Shown: positions 1-8,578 of the stretch, piece by piece
How positions within the stretch are numbered: position 1 is the first letter of the stretch
How the letters are laid out: each line of letters starts with the position of its first letter
Origin: Promethearchaeota archaeon
GTDB lineage: Archaea; Asgardarchaeota; Lokiarchaeia; Sigyniarchaeales; SOKP01
Assembly (NCBI GenBank): GCA_008080735.1
Contig: SHMW01000036.1
Coordinates: 1 to 38,249 of the forward strand
DNA: 38,249 nucleotides
Reading direction: 5' to 3'
Notes under the pieces: model-generated
The model's database searches: none
What the model was told of the DNA's origin: nothing
What the model saw: only the letters and a program-made list of their open reading frames with translations
Position numbers and translations under genes: made by a program

Positions 1-49
1 CTTGCTCTTGGTTTGGATATAAATGAATTTTTATCGCTCGATTAATCAT
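1..49 (-). CDS. tnpB: IS605-type TnpB (RNA-guided nuclease), N-terminal 16 codons, truncated by the window edge
   Basis: The minus strand from ATG at 49 reads MINRAIKIHLYPNQEQ, matching the typical TnpB N-terminus (K/R-A-x-K-x-R/H-L-Y-P-x-x-E-Q). It overlaps the tnpA stop (ATGATTAA, 8 nt). Confidence 0.85.
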   Translation of the reverse strand, partial: MINRAIKIHLYPNQEQ

Positions 50-467
50 TATTCGAAGATCTCCCCCTTTGTGCTTCTACATATCCTTTTAGTACATCAA
101 TAGATACATTTCCCGTTGTAGCGATGAAATAACTCCGACTCCAAAAATGGTTTCCCCATAATTTATCCCTTAAAAAATCGGAATATTTTTCCCTAATAAA
201 TCTGGAAGCGTGTCCCTTTATAATATTTATGTATTTAGTCATATCTAATGTGGGTTTAGCGGATATTAATAAATGAATATGGTCAATTCCACATTCGATT
301 TCTAACACTTCTACTTCGAACCCTTCCGATAATTCGATGATCTTGTCCTTTATATCGCCTATTATTCCGACATTTTCTACAAATACCTTTTGTCGATATT
401 TAACCACGAATATTAAGTGATATATTAAGGAATATACTCTATGAGCGTCTTTATTATATTGAATCAG
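42..467 (-). CDS. tnpA: IS200/IS605 family Y1 (HUH) transposase TnpA
   Basis: HUH motif DHIHLL, WSRSYF and a C-terminal YVEAQ with the catalytic Tyr. The frame continues upstream of the track start (407) as ...LIQYNKDAHRVYSLIYHLIFVVKYR, the conserved TnpA N-terminus. It is open to 497 with no ATG/GTG/TTG, so the start (CTG 467, ATT 464 or ATA 473) is uncertain. Confidence 0.93.
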   Translation of the reverse strand: MIQYNKDAHRVYSLIYHLIFVVKYRQKVFVENVGIIGDIKDKIIELSEGFEVEVLEIECGIDHIHLLISAKPTLDMTKYINIIKGHASRFIREKYSDFLRDKLWGNHFWSRSYFIATTGNVSIDVLKGYVEAQRGRSSNND

Positions 468-583
468 TTTTATGGTTCTAAGTTTGATAATTTTATGTTA
501 TGCTTAAATAATGATCATTATCATTTATTAAGTAAATAAAATAAAGAAATAGATCTTAAAGCAATAAAATGAATGAATAGATT

Positions 584-1585
584 CTAGTCTTCTTCCTCCC
601 AACCAAGTTCTTTTAGAACAGCATCTAAGGATTCAGATTCTTCTTCTAAAATAAATTCAGTTGCATATTCTGTTGCAACTTCTGAATCAAAATCGGGTGG
701 TTTTAGCTCATCGAGTGAAGGGAGAGATTCAGATGTATCTGTCTTACTTGTCGGTTCTAAAGAGGGAGCAATGACCTTTGTTTCTGGTTGAGGTTCGGGT
801 TCTTCACTCTCTTCATCCATCTCCATTGGAGTATAATCTTCAAGAGGAATAGGGGGTACTTCATCGTCATATACCTTGAATTGATCAGAAACCTGTGAAG
901 TTTGTTCCGCAGTCTCGGGGAGTCCCACTGATTTTGATTCTGAACCAAATTCGGTAGTCATACTCTGAGGGATTGAGACAATATTGCTTTCATTCTGAGG
1001 CTCTAACTCTTCCGCTCCAAGCCCCTCCTTCTCCCAGTCATCTAGAAAGCCTAATAAACCATCTAAAGCTTCTTTATCTTGTTCTAATGAAGGCTTTACA
1101 ACTTTTTCCTCCTCTTTTTTCTCTTCCTCCTCTTCTTCTTTTTTCTTTCGGAGTTTTTCTAGTTCATCTTCTTCTAACGATAATGCCATCTCTGTCTTTT
1201 CATCCCCAGAGATAAGCGCATTTAATTTTTTAGCAAGTTCTCTCAGATATGGTAAATAATAACCTATTTTATATACCGCAGTTAATCCGCTGAAAACAAT
1301 GTATTCGTCGTTGATTGCCATTAAGATACTGTATCCCGATTTGTTATGAAGAATGATTTCTCGAAGTGCTCCGTGATTTGTTGCTTCACTAAGTCTCAAA
1401 CCTAAATCAATCAGTGCGGTACTTGATGCTGAAGTCGCATCTGCATCTAAATCAGCTGAGGTAGCACTTGAAACTTTCATTCCAACACGCGATAGTACAG
1501 ACAAGTTTTCTAAATCTGTTTTTTCTTCTTCATCTTTCAACACGTACATTAATTTTTGTCTGACATCGTCCGCAAGAGATGACAT
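584..1585 (-). CDS. Roadblock/LC7 domain protein with long acidic disordered C-terminal tail
   Basis: The N-terminal ~125 aa follow the Roadblock pattern (helix, SVLSRVGMKVSS, long helix, LREIILHNKSGYSILMAI, final helix). The remaining ~200 aa are E/D/P/S-rich. Confidence 0.8.
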   Translation of the reverse strand: MSSLADDVRQKLMYVLKDEEEKTDLENLSVLSRVGMKVSSATSADLDADATSASSTALIDLGLRLSEATNHGALREIILHNKSGYSILMAINDEYIVFSGLTAVYKIGYYLPYLRELAKKLNALISGDEKTEMALSLEEDELEKLRKKKEEEEEEKKEEEKVVKPSLEQDKEALDGLLGFLDDWEKEGLGAEELEPQNESNIVSIPQSMTTEFGSESKSVGLPETAEQTSQVSDQFKVYDDEVPPIPLEDYTPMEMDEESEEPEPQPETKVIAPSLEPTSKTDTSESLPSLDELKPPDFDSEVATEYATEFILEEESESLDAVLKELGWEEED

Positions 1586-1664
1586 TTTTAAACGTAGGAG
1601 ATTTAATGAATTAATTTATTTCAAGAGATCAATAATAAAAGTACTTTAAATAATTTATCTCATT

Positions 1665-2387
1665 TCATTTTAAAAATTTTTTTAGATTCATTTGTTTTGG
1701 ATGAGGTTGTAATTTCTGATTAAAAGAATATCCCGACACATCAGAAATTATGTCCATTACTTTTTCCGTCACATCAGCAGGTTCCAAATTGTCTGTCTCG
1801 ATAAAATATATTTCTTCAGATTCTCTCCTCAAAGAGAGTATTTCATTATAAAAAGTGAGCACATTTAACAAATAATCCTTTTCTGTTTCATTCCATTGTT
1901 TCCGTATCTTTTCTAAAGATCCTCGCACTAAAGTTCGTGTGAGTATTATCTCTGGATCTGCCGTAAGATAGATAACATAATCCTCCCGCCAATTCACCGA
2001 ATTATAGGTATCCAATATCAACTGATAATCTTTTTCTTTTAAGAAAAGGGATTTAGAATATACGAGTACGCACAATGGTGTCCTATCAAGAATAATTATC
2101 CGTCCATTGTATCTTTCATCGAAATTCCTTATATTTTTATTCCTTCGAATGAATTGTTGGAGAAAATGAATTTCAGATCGAAATGCGGTTTGTTTATTTC
2201 TCGAACCAAAAGGAAACGGGGGTTTTTTCACATATCGCTCCGGAAAGAACTTAAATTTGAGGTTATCACTCAGTTCTTTTTTGAGTAAATTAAAAATTGT
2301 GGTTTTACCGACTCCATGGGCTCCAGCTATTGAGAAAACAATATTGTCTTTACTGCCTTTATTTCTGTAGGTATTTCTGCTGCCCAA
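1665..2387 (-). CDS. Deoxynucleoside/thymidylate kinase family P-loop kinase
   Basis: Walker A GAHGVGKTT, FFPE, ILDRTP, VIYLTA and the lid-like R..RG motif. Confidence 0.8.
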   Translation of the reverse strand: MGSRNTYRNKGSKDNIVFSIAGAHGVGKTTIFNLLKKELSDNLKFKFFPERYVKKPPFPFGSRNKQTAFRSEIHFLQQFIRRNKNIRNFDERYNGRIIILDRTPLCVLVYSKSLFLKEKDYQLILDTYNSVNWREDYVIYLTADPEIILTRTLVRGSLEKIRKQWNETEKDYLLNVLTFYNEILSLRRESEEIYFIETDNLEPADVTEKVMDIISDVSGYSFNQKLQPHPKQMNLKKFLK

Positions 2388-2512
2388 TCTTGATAACTCC
2401 TTCGAAATTGTTTATGTCATATAAAATGAAAAGAGATATTTCCTTTTATAATACAAGAGATTAATGATTTTTTTGATTATTAAAATTTGATATTTGGAAG
2501 TTCATTTGTTGA

Positions 2513-3616
2513 TTAAAAATATATCATCATCAACAAGATAATTAAATTGTAAACAGTATATGTGATTATGGAATTTGCCAGATTACCGTTTAGTTCATAA
2601 ATTATTCCTAATATCAGATTAATCAAAAAGTACAATAGTAAAAAATAAATACCTATAGGAAAGTTAAATATTAAGAATAATATAGAATAGGCAAGTGAAA
2701 CTGCGAGCGCAACTAATAATATCGAAACCGCTTTTCCACGCAAGGTTTTTCCAAATTTCTCCTTTAATGTATTATGGAAAGTTCCCCTAAATAACATTTC
2801 TGAAGATATTGAAGCAGTGATAATGAGAATAGCAAAGAGAATAATCCAATAAAATTCAGCGGCTTGTAATGATTGAGCATATGATGCAAAATAATTTTCT
2901 ACTTCAGCAAAAATATTAAATCCGACAGATTTAAATAACTCTATAACGATTTCCATAAAATCATTGATAAAATAGAGTGTGATACCTCCGGCGATTCCAA
3001 TAAAACCTGCTAATATCAGTTGTCTATTCCCTAAATTTAACCCTAATTTTTCATATGAATGGTTTTTAGAAAGAATATAGACTACCGGATATAATCCCAG
3101 AAATACTTCTGGAATTTGGCCAACTAAAATATCAAAAATAGTAATGGTTCCCGGAGGTGATTGGATAAAATAGGAAATTGTAGTAAATATTATGAAATAA
3201 ACAGCAATATATATAAGAATACTATTGCCCACAACATTAAGACCTTCTCTAAGATTCCAAGATTCTTTTTTCAGCCTGATTTGGGGACGGAGTTTCTCGC
3301 CAGTAAAAATAAAACCCGTTTCCTCTTCCTTAGGTTCTGTTTCTGCAAGTGGTGGTTCTGTAAGTTTGGAATTACAGATAGGACATTGTTTTAAAATCCG
3401 TGATTTAATAATTGATCCACATTCAGGACATTCTCTACCAGGAACTTCTTTTTGTTTGTATGCTCGTTTCGAACTTTCTTCACTACCTTTTTCTTTTTTA
3501 TCTTTAGCTTTAACTACTAATTTTCCACATTTAGGACAATAGACTCGGTCTTCCTCTAATTCGGCGCCACAATATACGCAATATTTTAATTCGGACTCGT
3601 CGTTTTTATCAGACAT
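2513..3616 (-). CDS. Double zinc-ribbon + CPBP (CAAX/Abi) family membrane protein with degenerate active site
   Basis: Four CxxC pairs (CVYC, CPKC, CPEC, CPIC), multiple hydrophobic TM segments, and SEMLFRG at the position of EExxFRG. Confidence 0.8.
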   Translation of the reverse strand: MSDKNDESELKYCVYCGAELEEDRVYCPKCGKLVVKAKDKKEKGSEESSKRAYKQKEVPGRECPECGSIIKSRILKQCPICNSKLTEPPLAETEPKEEETGFIFTGEKLRPQIRLKKESWNLREGLNVVGNSILIYIAVYFIIFTTISYFIQSPPGTITIFDILVGQIPEVFLGLYPVVYILSKNHSYEKLGLNLGNRQLILAGFIGIAGGITLYFINDFMEIVIELFKSVGFNIFAEVENYFASYAQSLQAAEFYWIILFAILIITASISSEMLFRGTFHNTLKEKFGKTLRGKAVSILLVALAVSLAYSILFLIFNFPIGIYFLLLYFLINLILGIIYELNGNLANSIITYTVYNLIILLMMIYF

Positions 3617-3705
3617 TATATGATGAGAAAAATAACAATAATTATAGGTTTGTAAATAAATGATGAACTAAAAATAATATAGTTTATTATTAATTCTAAT
3701 TATCA

Positions 3706-4878
3706 TTGGTTAGACAATATACAACAATGGATAGTAAAGAACGAGTTAAACGTGCTTTTCATTTTGATAAACCAGATAGGGTCCCTATGTCGTGTGTAAA
3801 TTTGAAAACTGATTTCTTCCCCGTATCGATTTATCCCCCGAAATCTTGGCAACCAAAAGAATTTCCACCACACGTCCAAGGTGGGGTAGATTCAATCCGA
3901 AAATTTTATTATAGGACGTTAATATATAGATGGAAGAGAAAGTATCGGAAAGCAGCGGGATATGAAAGAAAATGGTGGAAAAAACCACATATCAGCATTG
4001 ATGAATGGGGTATTCAATGGAAATCCTCGGGTTCTGAAAGCGAGGATATCACCCGCGGTCACCCTCATTTTGGACCTCTACAGGAAAGTTGGGACAGAAT
4101 TGACGAGGTTGAAATTCCCGATATGTCTAATGAGAAGAGATATCGGATTATCAAAAATCCTTTATGGAAATTATTAGGACGAAAGCGATACACTATTGGG
4201 GAATTGGCTCCAAACGGGTTTTTCAATCTTTGTTCTCAAATTAGAGGATTTAATAATTACCTGATTGATTTAGCAAGGAATCCAAAACAAGTCCATGAAC
4301 TCAACGAAAAAGTATTGCCATACTTCACAAGTCTTATTAAAAATTATAAAGAATTTTACCCATCTCTGGATTCAATAATGGTGGCAGACGATTTGGGCAC
4401 TCAAAAATCCCCTTTTATCAGCCCGTCAATTTTCACAAAATTCTTCAAGCAACCATATAAAAAAATAATAGACCTTACTCATGAACTTGGAATGGATTTT
4501 ATCCTCCATTCTTGCGGCCAAATATATGAATTAATGCCAGATATAATTGATATAGGAGTGGATGTGTTTGAATTTGACAGTCCACATATGGTTGGAGTAG
4601 ATAATTTCAACCAATGGGCGGAACAGAATAAGGTTGCCTTCTGGCTTTCTTCGAATATCCAAAGTACCTATACTCTTGGAACTCCCGAGGAAGTAGAGCA
4701 AGAGATTAAGCGATACATAAAAAAAGTGGGAAATAACGAGGGGGGCCTCGCGATCTATGAATATATGTCTAAATCCGCATTAAATACCCCTAAGGAAAAC
4801 ATCATTGCTCAAAGAGAAGCAACGATGAGATGGGGTCAATATGATGAGGAAGGAAAAATTAAATGGTTAAAAGAATAA
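3706..4878 (+). CDS. Uroporphyrinogen decarboxylase (URO-D)/MtaA-like superfamily protein
   Basis: N-terminal MDSKERV..A..F.KPDRVP, plus DEWG, ADDLGTQ..P..SP, LHSCG and GTPEEV. The start may be the ATG at 3727. Confidence 0.85.
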   Translation: MVRQYTTMDSKERVKRAFHFDKPDRVPMSCVNLKTDFFPVSIYPPKSWQPKEFPPHVQGGVDSIRKFYYRTLIYRWKRKYRKAAGYERKWWKKPHISIDEWGIQWKSSGSESEDITRGHPHFGPLQESWDRIDEVEIPDMSNEKRYRIIKNPLWKLLGRKRYTIGELAPNGFFNLCSQIRGFNNYLIDLARNPKQVHELNEKVLPYFTSLIKNYKEFYPSLDSIMVADDLGTQKSPFISPSIFTKFFKQPYKKIIDLTHELGMDFILHSCGQIYELMPDIIDIGVDVFEFDSPHMVGVDNFNQWAEQNKVAFWLSSNIQSTYTLGTPEEVEQEIKRYIKKVGNNEGGLAIYEYMSKSALNTPKENIIAQREATMRWGQYDEEGKIKWLKE

Positions 4879-4904
4879 TAAAATAATTTATATGTGAAAA
4901 CAAT

Positions 4905-5276
4905 ATGGTAAAATTATTTGGTAAGAAGACGAAACGGATTTTGGAAAAGTTTTCGGAAGAGGAAGTCATTCTTGTCTCGAAAGGAGCAAATTTTTTTGGT
5001 GTCGAATCAAAAAGTTATAAACAAATCAGAGGAAATGGTGTATTAATCCTTACGAGAGATCAACTATTTTTTCAATTATGGCTTCCCAAACGAATCATTA
5101 AAATACCTTTAGATAAGATAAGTAGTGTTGGAAAAACTACCCACCATTTACGAAAGACAAAATTCGTTGATCTATTAAAGGTAGAATTTAATAATAAAGA
5201 AGGAGAAGCAGATTCTGTTGCTTGGTGGTTGAGAAATTTAGATGAATGGATTGCAAAAATCCAAGCATTAATTTAA
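4905..5276 (+). CDS. Small PH/GRAM-like domain protein
   Basis: GVLILTRDQLFF...IPLDKISSV beta-strand pattern and a terminal W-containing helix (LDEWIAKI) typical of PH-like folds. Confidence 0.6.
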   Translation: MVKLFGKKTKRILEKFSEEEVILVSKGANFFGVESKSYKQIRGNGVLILTRDQLFFQLWLPKRIIKIPLDKISSVGKTTHHLRKTKFVDLLKVEFNNKEGEADSVAWWLRNLDEWIAKIQALI

Positions 5277-5339
5277 TAAAAAAAATTTTAGCTATTTTTA
5301 TTATAGAGATTACTGGTATATTATTGAGGTTAAATTGGT

Positions 5340-5693
5340 CTAAATCTTTCCGTGCTTTTTTAAATAATTTTCTTTACCCATTTCATACATTGCCATCATA
5401 TTTTTGGGAGAAAAACTCATAAATGTTCCTAAATCTCCTCCGGGACCTCCTGCTTTTATATCTAATTGATCACTATTCTGTGCAGCCCATTTCATGTAAA
5501 TCCATGAGGGAACATTTTCTTGAGATTTTGTAGCATCGAGATATTTGAAATACTCTGTTTCTGCATTATCTAGATCTCCATTATCATAATATAAATCGCC
5601 TAATTTGGCTCCAAGTTTAGGTTTCCATCCTTTTTTCTCAATTTTTTGGAGTTGTTTATCAATTTTTTTTTGCAACTTTGAAGGCATATCCAT
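5340..5693 (-). CDS. Hypothetical protein with one TPR-like helix pair
   Basis: 117-aa ORF filling the gap. LGDLYYDNGDLDNAETEY resembles a single TPR unit. Confidence 0.55.
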   Translation of the reverse strand: MDMPSKLQKKIDKQLQKIEKKGWKPKLGAKLGDLYYDNGDLDNAETEYFKYLDATKSQENVPSWIYMKWAAQNSDQLDIKAGGPGGDLGTFMSFSPKNMMAMYEMGKENYLKKHGKI

Positions 5694-5867
5694 TCACATT
5701 GTTTACTTTAGTTTGTTTTTACTTAAACAATATTGATCAACTATTATGTCAATTCCTATATTAATAAAGATTTACATAGATGGAAAAAATTTTATTGAAT
5801 ATATTCCCTACTACAAAATAATTTTTAGCAATAAAATCTTATAAAAAGTTAGTTGATAAATCATGTG

Positions 5868-7145
5868 CTATTTTTCTGCTTTTTTTCTACTGGTATCATA
5901 TAGTTCCATCAGAAGAAGTCCATGATAATACGAAATACTGTCAAAATAGCTATCTCCGTTATTTCGTCCCGCATTTACCAACGCCAATTGGGCATTGAGA
6001 GCAGCACGAATTAATAATTCAATACCTTTGTAAATCAAATTAGGACTCCACGTATTCTGGAATGGATTTGCCCACCACATTGGACAGGAATGGAGCCCCC
6101 TATCATAAAAGTATCGTGCGGTAGTATAATAATTTTCTACTGCCCAATCTTTCGTTAAATCTAAATTGTCTGCTAAATCCATAAGGTTATTCAAACTCTC
6201 CATAATTTTCCAATAATATTTATGAATATTATTTTCAGGATGCTTCCATAACGGATATGGGACTTCGCATTTTAGGTCTTCATATGAAGTGCTCCAACTG
6301 GAAGAAAGGGGTATGATATTATCTTCTGCATAAGGAAAATACTGATTTAAATTTGAGATAAATTCTACTTTAATATCATCCATACCATTTTTAGAGTCCT
6401 TTTGTTTCTGATAGTTGTTTTCTTCAATTAGTTTCAGAGTTTTTCCCAAAAATGCTTTTTCATAGTTCTTAATATGCCATCCAAAAGTCTCCCCATCCAT
6501 TGCGGTTATAACGTATGTATTATTGTTTTTCTCTTCATCCCCATTTTTATACATAGAACCCAATTCTTGAAGAAAGTTCTTCGCGGTTAATTTTTTAAAT
6601 GCAATTTTGTTACTGAGGATGTCATCCCTAAAATATAGTTTAAGTCCATTTGGAGATTGATAGATTTTATCGTAGCACCAATGTCTGGGACAAGAAATTC
6701 CGCTCATAATCACCCATTCATAACCGAATTCTTTGACAATTTTTGCAACTTGGGATGAGATCGCCATTTCAGGTGGAAAAAATCCTTTTTTATTCCATCC
6801 ATTTCCGAACACGCCTCGATTGGTCTCTTCATTTAATCTGATCTGTCGCTTGACCTCCTTTTTTGGAATAAGTGGCAGAATGGGATGGAATTTTGCAGTT
6901 CCTAAAATTTCTAACTTGTTTTCTCCCACTAAATCTCTTATTAAATCTAAAGTGTCTGACATGCCATATTCATTCAATAACTCTATCAGCACCCCATTTA
7001 TATTCAGGCAAAATTTAGCGTTGTCATAGCGCTTTAATTCATTAAATAATGGTTTATAACATTCTTCATTTATCTTCTTTAAGATATCTATATCTTGGGT
7101 AGGGGGCTGATATATGTGGAGTAATGGAGCCCAATATGTCGTCAT
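5868..7145 (-). CDS. Glycoside hydrolase family 57 (alpha-amylase/amylopullulanase-like)
   Basis: Conserved GH57 regions HIYQP, HPILPL, FFPPEMA (nucleophile Glu), DGETFGWH (acid/base Asp) and HSCPMWW. Confidence 0.9.
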   Translation of the reverse strand: MTTYWAPLLHIYQPPTQDIDILKKINEECYKPLFNELKRYDNAKFCLNINGVLIELLNEYGMSDTLDLIRDLVGENKLEILGTAKFHPILPLIPKKEVKRQIRLNEETNRGVFGNGWNKKGFFPPEMAISSQVAKIVKEFGYEWVIMSGISCPRHWCYDKIYQSPNGLKLYFRDDILSNKIAFKKLTAKNFLQELGSMYKNGDEEKNNNTYVITAMDGETFGWHIKNYEKAFLGKTLKLIEENNYQKQKDSKNGMDDIKVEFISNLNQYFPYAEDNIIPLSSSWSTSYEDLKCEVPYPLWKHPENNIHKYYWKIMESLNNLMDLADNLDLTKDWAVENYYTTARYFYDRGLHSCPMWWANPFQNTWSPNLIYKGIELLIRAALNAQLALVNAGRNNGDSYFDSISYYHGLLLMELYDTSRKKAEK

Positions 7146-7304
7146 TTTTATCCTTATTAGATTTTATCGGTTTAGAAATTTAAATGTATGCATTCTCTAA
7201 TAATTTTTTACTGATATGATACAGCTAATTTCCACTTATAAATAATCTAGAAAAACTTAAGAACGTGAGTATTATATATCAATACAAAAAAGATTTACCC
7301 GAAT

Positions 7305-8432
7305 TTATTTTTCAATGATGTTTTCTTTAATGGCAGTTCCAAAATGAGTTGCTCCGGGACCTAAATGGACTAATATTTTATCTCCGACCTCAAGATTCAC
7401 AACCGACACCGCATCTCCCTCAGGATCGACTAATCGTATCGTCTCAGCATTTTGACAGACACAATTAATCGGGACAGATTGGCCATCTTTTTCAGCCACC
7501 ATTTCAAATCTGAGCATCGGGCGAGTTTCTATTTTTACTCTGCCCACGGAAACAATGCGGGCCCTTCCCTTTGTATTAACCACGATCACTCTTTCCCCTC
7601 CTTTTAGTTCGCTTAAGTATTTCGTTCTATAAACCTCTTTACTTTCTGTATCCTCTTGAGGAACTAGTATGTATGCTGATACATCTCCAGCATTGACACG
7701 AAAGGGGCGAGATGCTACAAATTGAGTTTCGAAAACTTCGGCATGGACGAGCGCAAATCCCATGGCAGTACTTCCAATAAGCATACCTTCCCCAGGACGG
7801 AGCAGCGAAGTAGTATCTACACATACCCTATCACTTTCGGGGATTTTTTGGATTCCTTTAATTTCCGCCCTAGTTAGTTCTATAGTGAACGAGGTTCCCA
7901 CCAATTTTTTAAGTTCGATTATTTGATTTGCATTTGTTGGTCTAAAAAGGATGCCATCAACTCCAATTTCTAATGTTTTTAACATTAACTCCGCTTCCTC
8001 AACAGATTCTACTTCTGCTATTAATTCTGTATCCTTTTTATACATTTCAGCAATTAGGTTTTCAAAAGGAATTATTTTCCAATCACTCGCACTCACGATT
8101 AATAAGTTGATTTTAGTGATATTTGATAACTGCTTTATTTCAGCTTCATCCTCTTTTGTGGTCAATTCTTTGTAAAAAGCTATGTCCTGGGTTTCTGTGG
8201 AAGTATTTAAAAATTCATTAATCTGCTCTTTATTTTCAAACAATAGATAATCTGGTTTCAAATCTTTTTGTTTTGAAATTGTTTTAACGCGCTCAATATC
8301 TTTAAATTCATCGTGGGTTGTAGTACTGATGAGAAAATTTAAAATATCTCTATTAAATGCTTCTTGGACTAATTCCTTAAATTCTTCTGTTTTTTCTGTA
8401 AAATCTAAAATAATTCGTTTCATATCCATCAA
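7305..8432 (-). CDS. 3-dehydroquinate synthase II (archaeal type, AroB')
   Basis: WKIIPFENLIA, LEIGVDG, DRVCVDT, SRPFRVNAG, GRVKIETRP, QNAETIRL and HFG..I.E.IIEK. Confidence 0.95.
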   Translation of the reverse strand: MMDMKRIILDFTEKTEEFKELVQEAFNRDILNFLISTTTHDEFKDIERVKTISKQKDLKPDYLLFENKEQINEFLNTSTETQDIAFYKELTTKEDEAEIKQLSNITKINLLIVSASDWKIIPFENLIAEMYKKDTELIAEVESVEEAELMLKTLEIGVDGILFRPTNANQIIELKKLVGTSFTIELTRAEIKGIQKIPESDRVCVDTTSLLRPGEGMLIGSTAMGFALVHAEVFETQFVASRPFRVNAGDVSAYILVPQEDTESKEVYRTKYLSELKGGERVIVVNTKGRARIVSVGRVKIETRPMLRFEMVAEKDGQSVPINCVCQNAETIRLVDPEGDAVSVVNLEVGDKILVHLGPGATHFGTAIKENIIEK

Positions 8433-8578
8433 AATTTGGACTCTAGTTGATTTTTTTAATAGAATAAACTTTATTTCTTAAGATAGAATGTGTAGTATTC
8501 AAAATAAATTTTAAATTACTAAAATTATATGTATATAACTAGGTAGAAAAAAAAATAACTTAATAGGTGCTAAAAAGT

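Larger units (their letters stand above)
1..540 (-). mobile_element. IS605-group insertion sequence (tnpA-tnpB), left part; boundary approximate
   Basis: Co-oriented, overlapping tnpA-tnpB. An imperfect AT-rich hairpin at 503-532 upstream of tnpA is a candidate left-end structure. The exact end cannot be fixed from this window. Confidence 0.75.
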
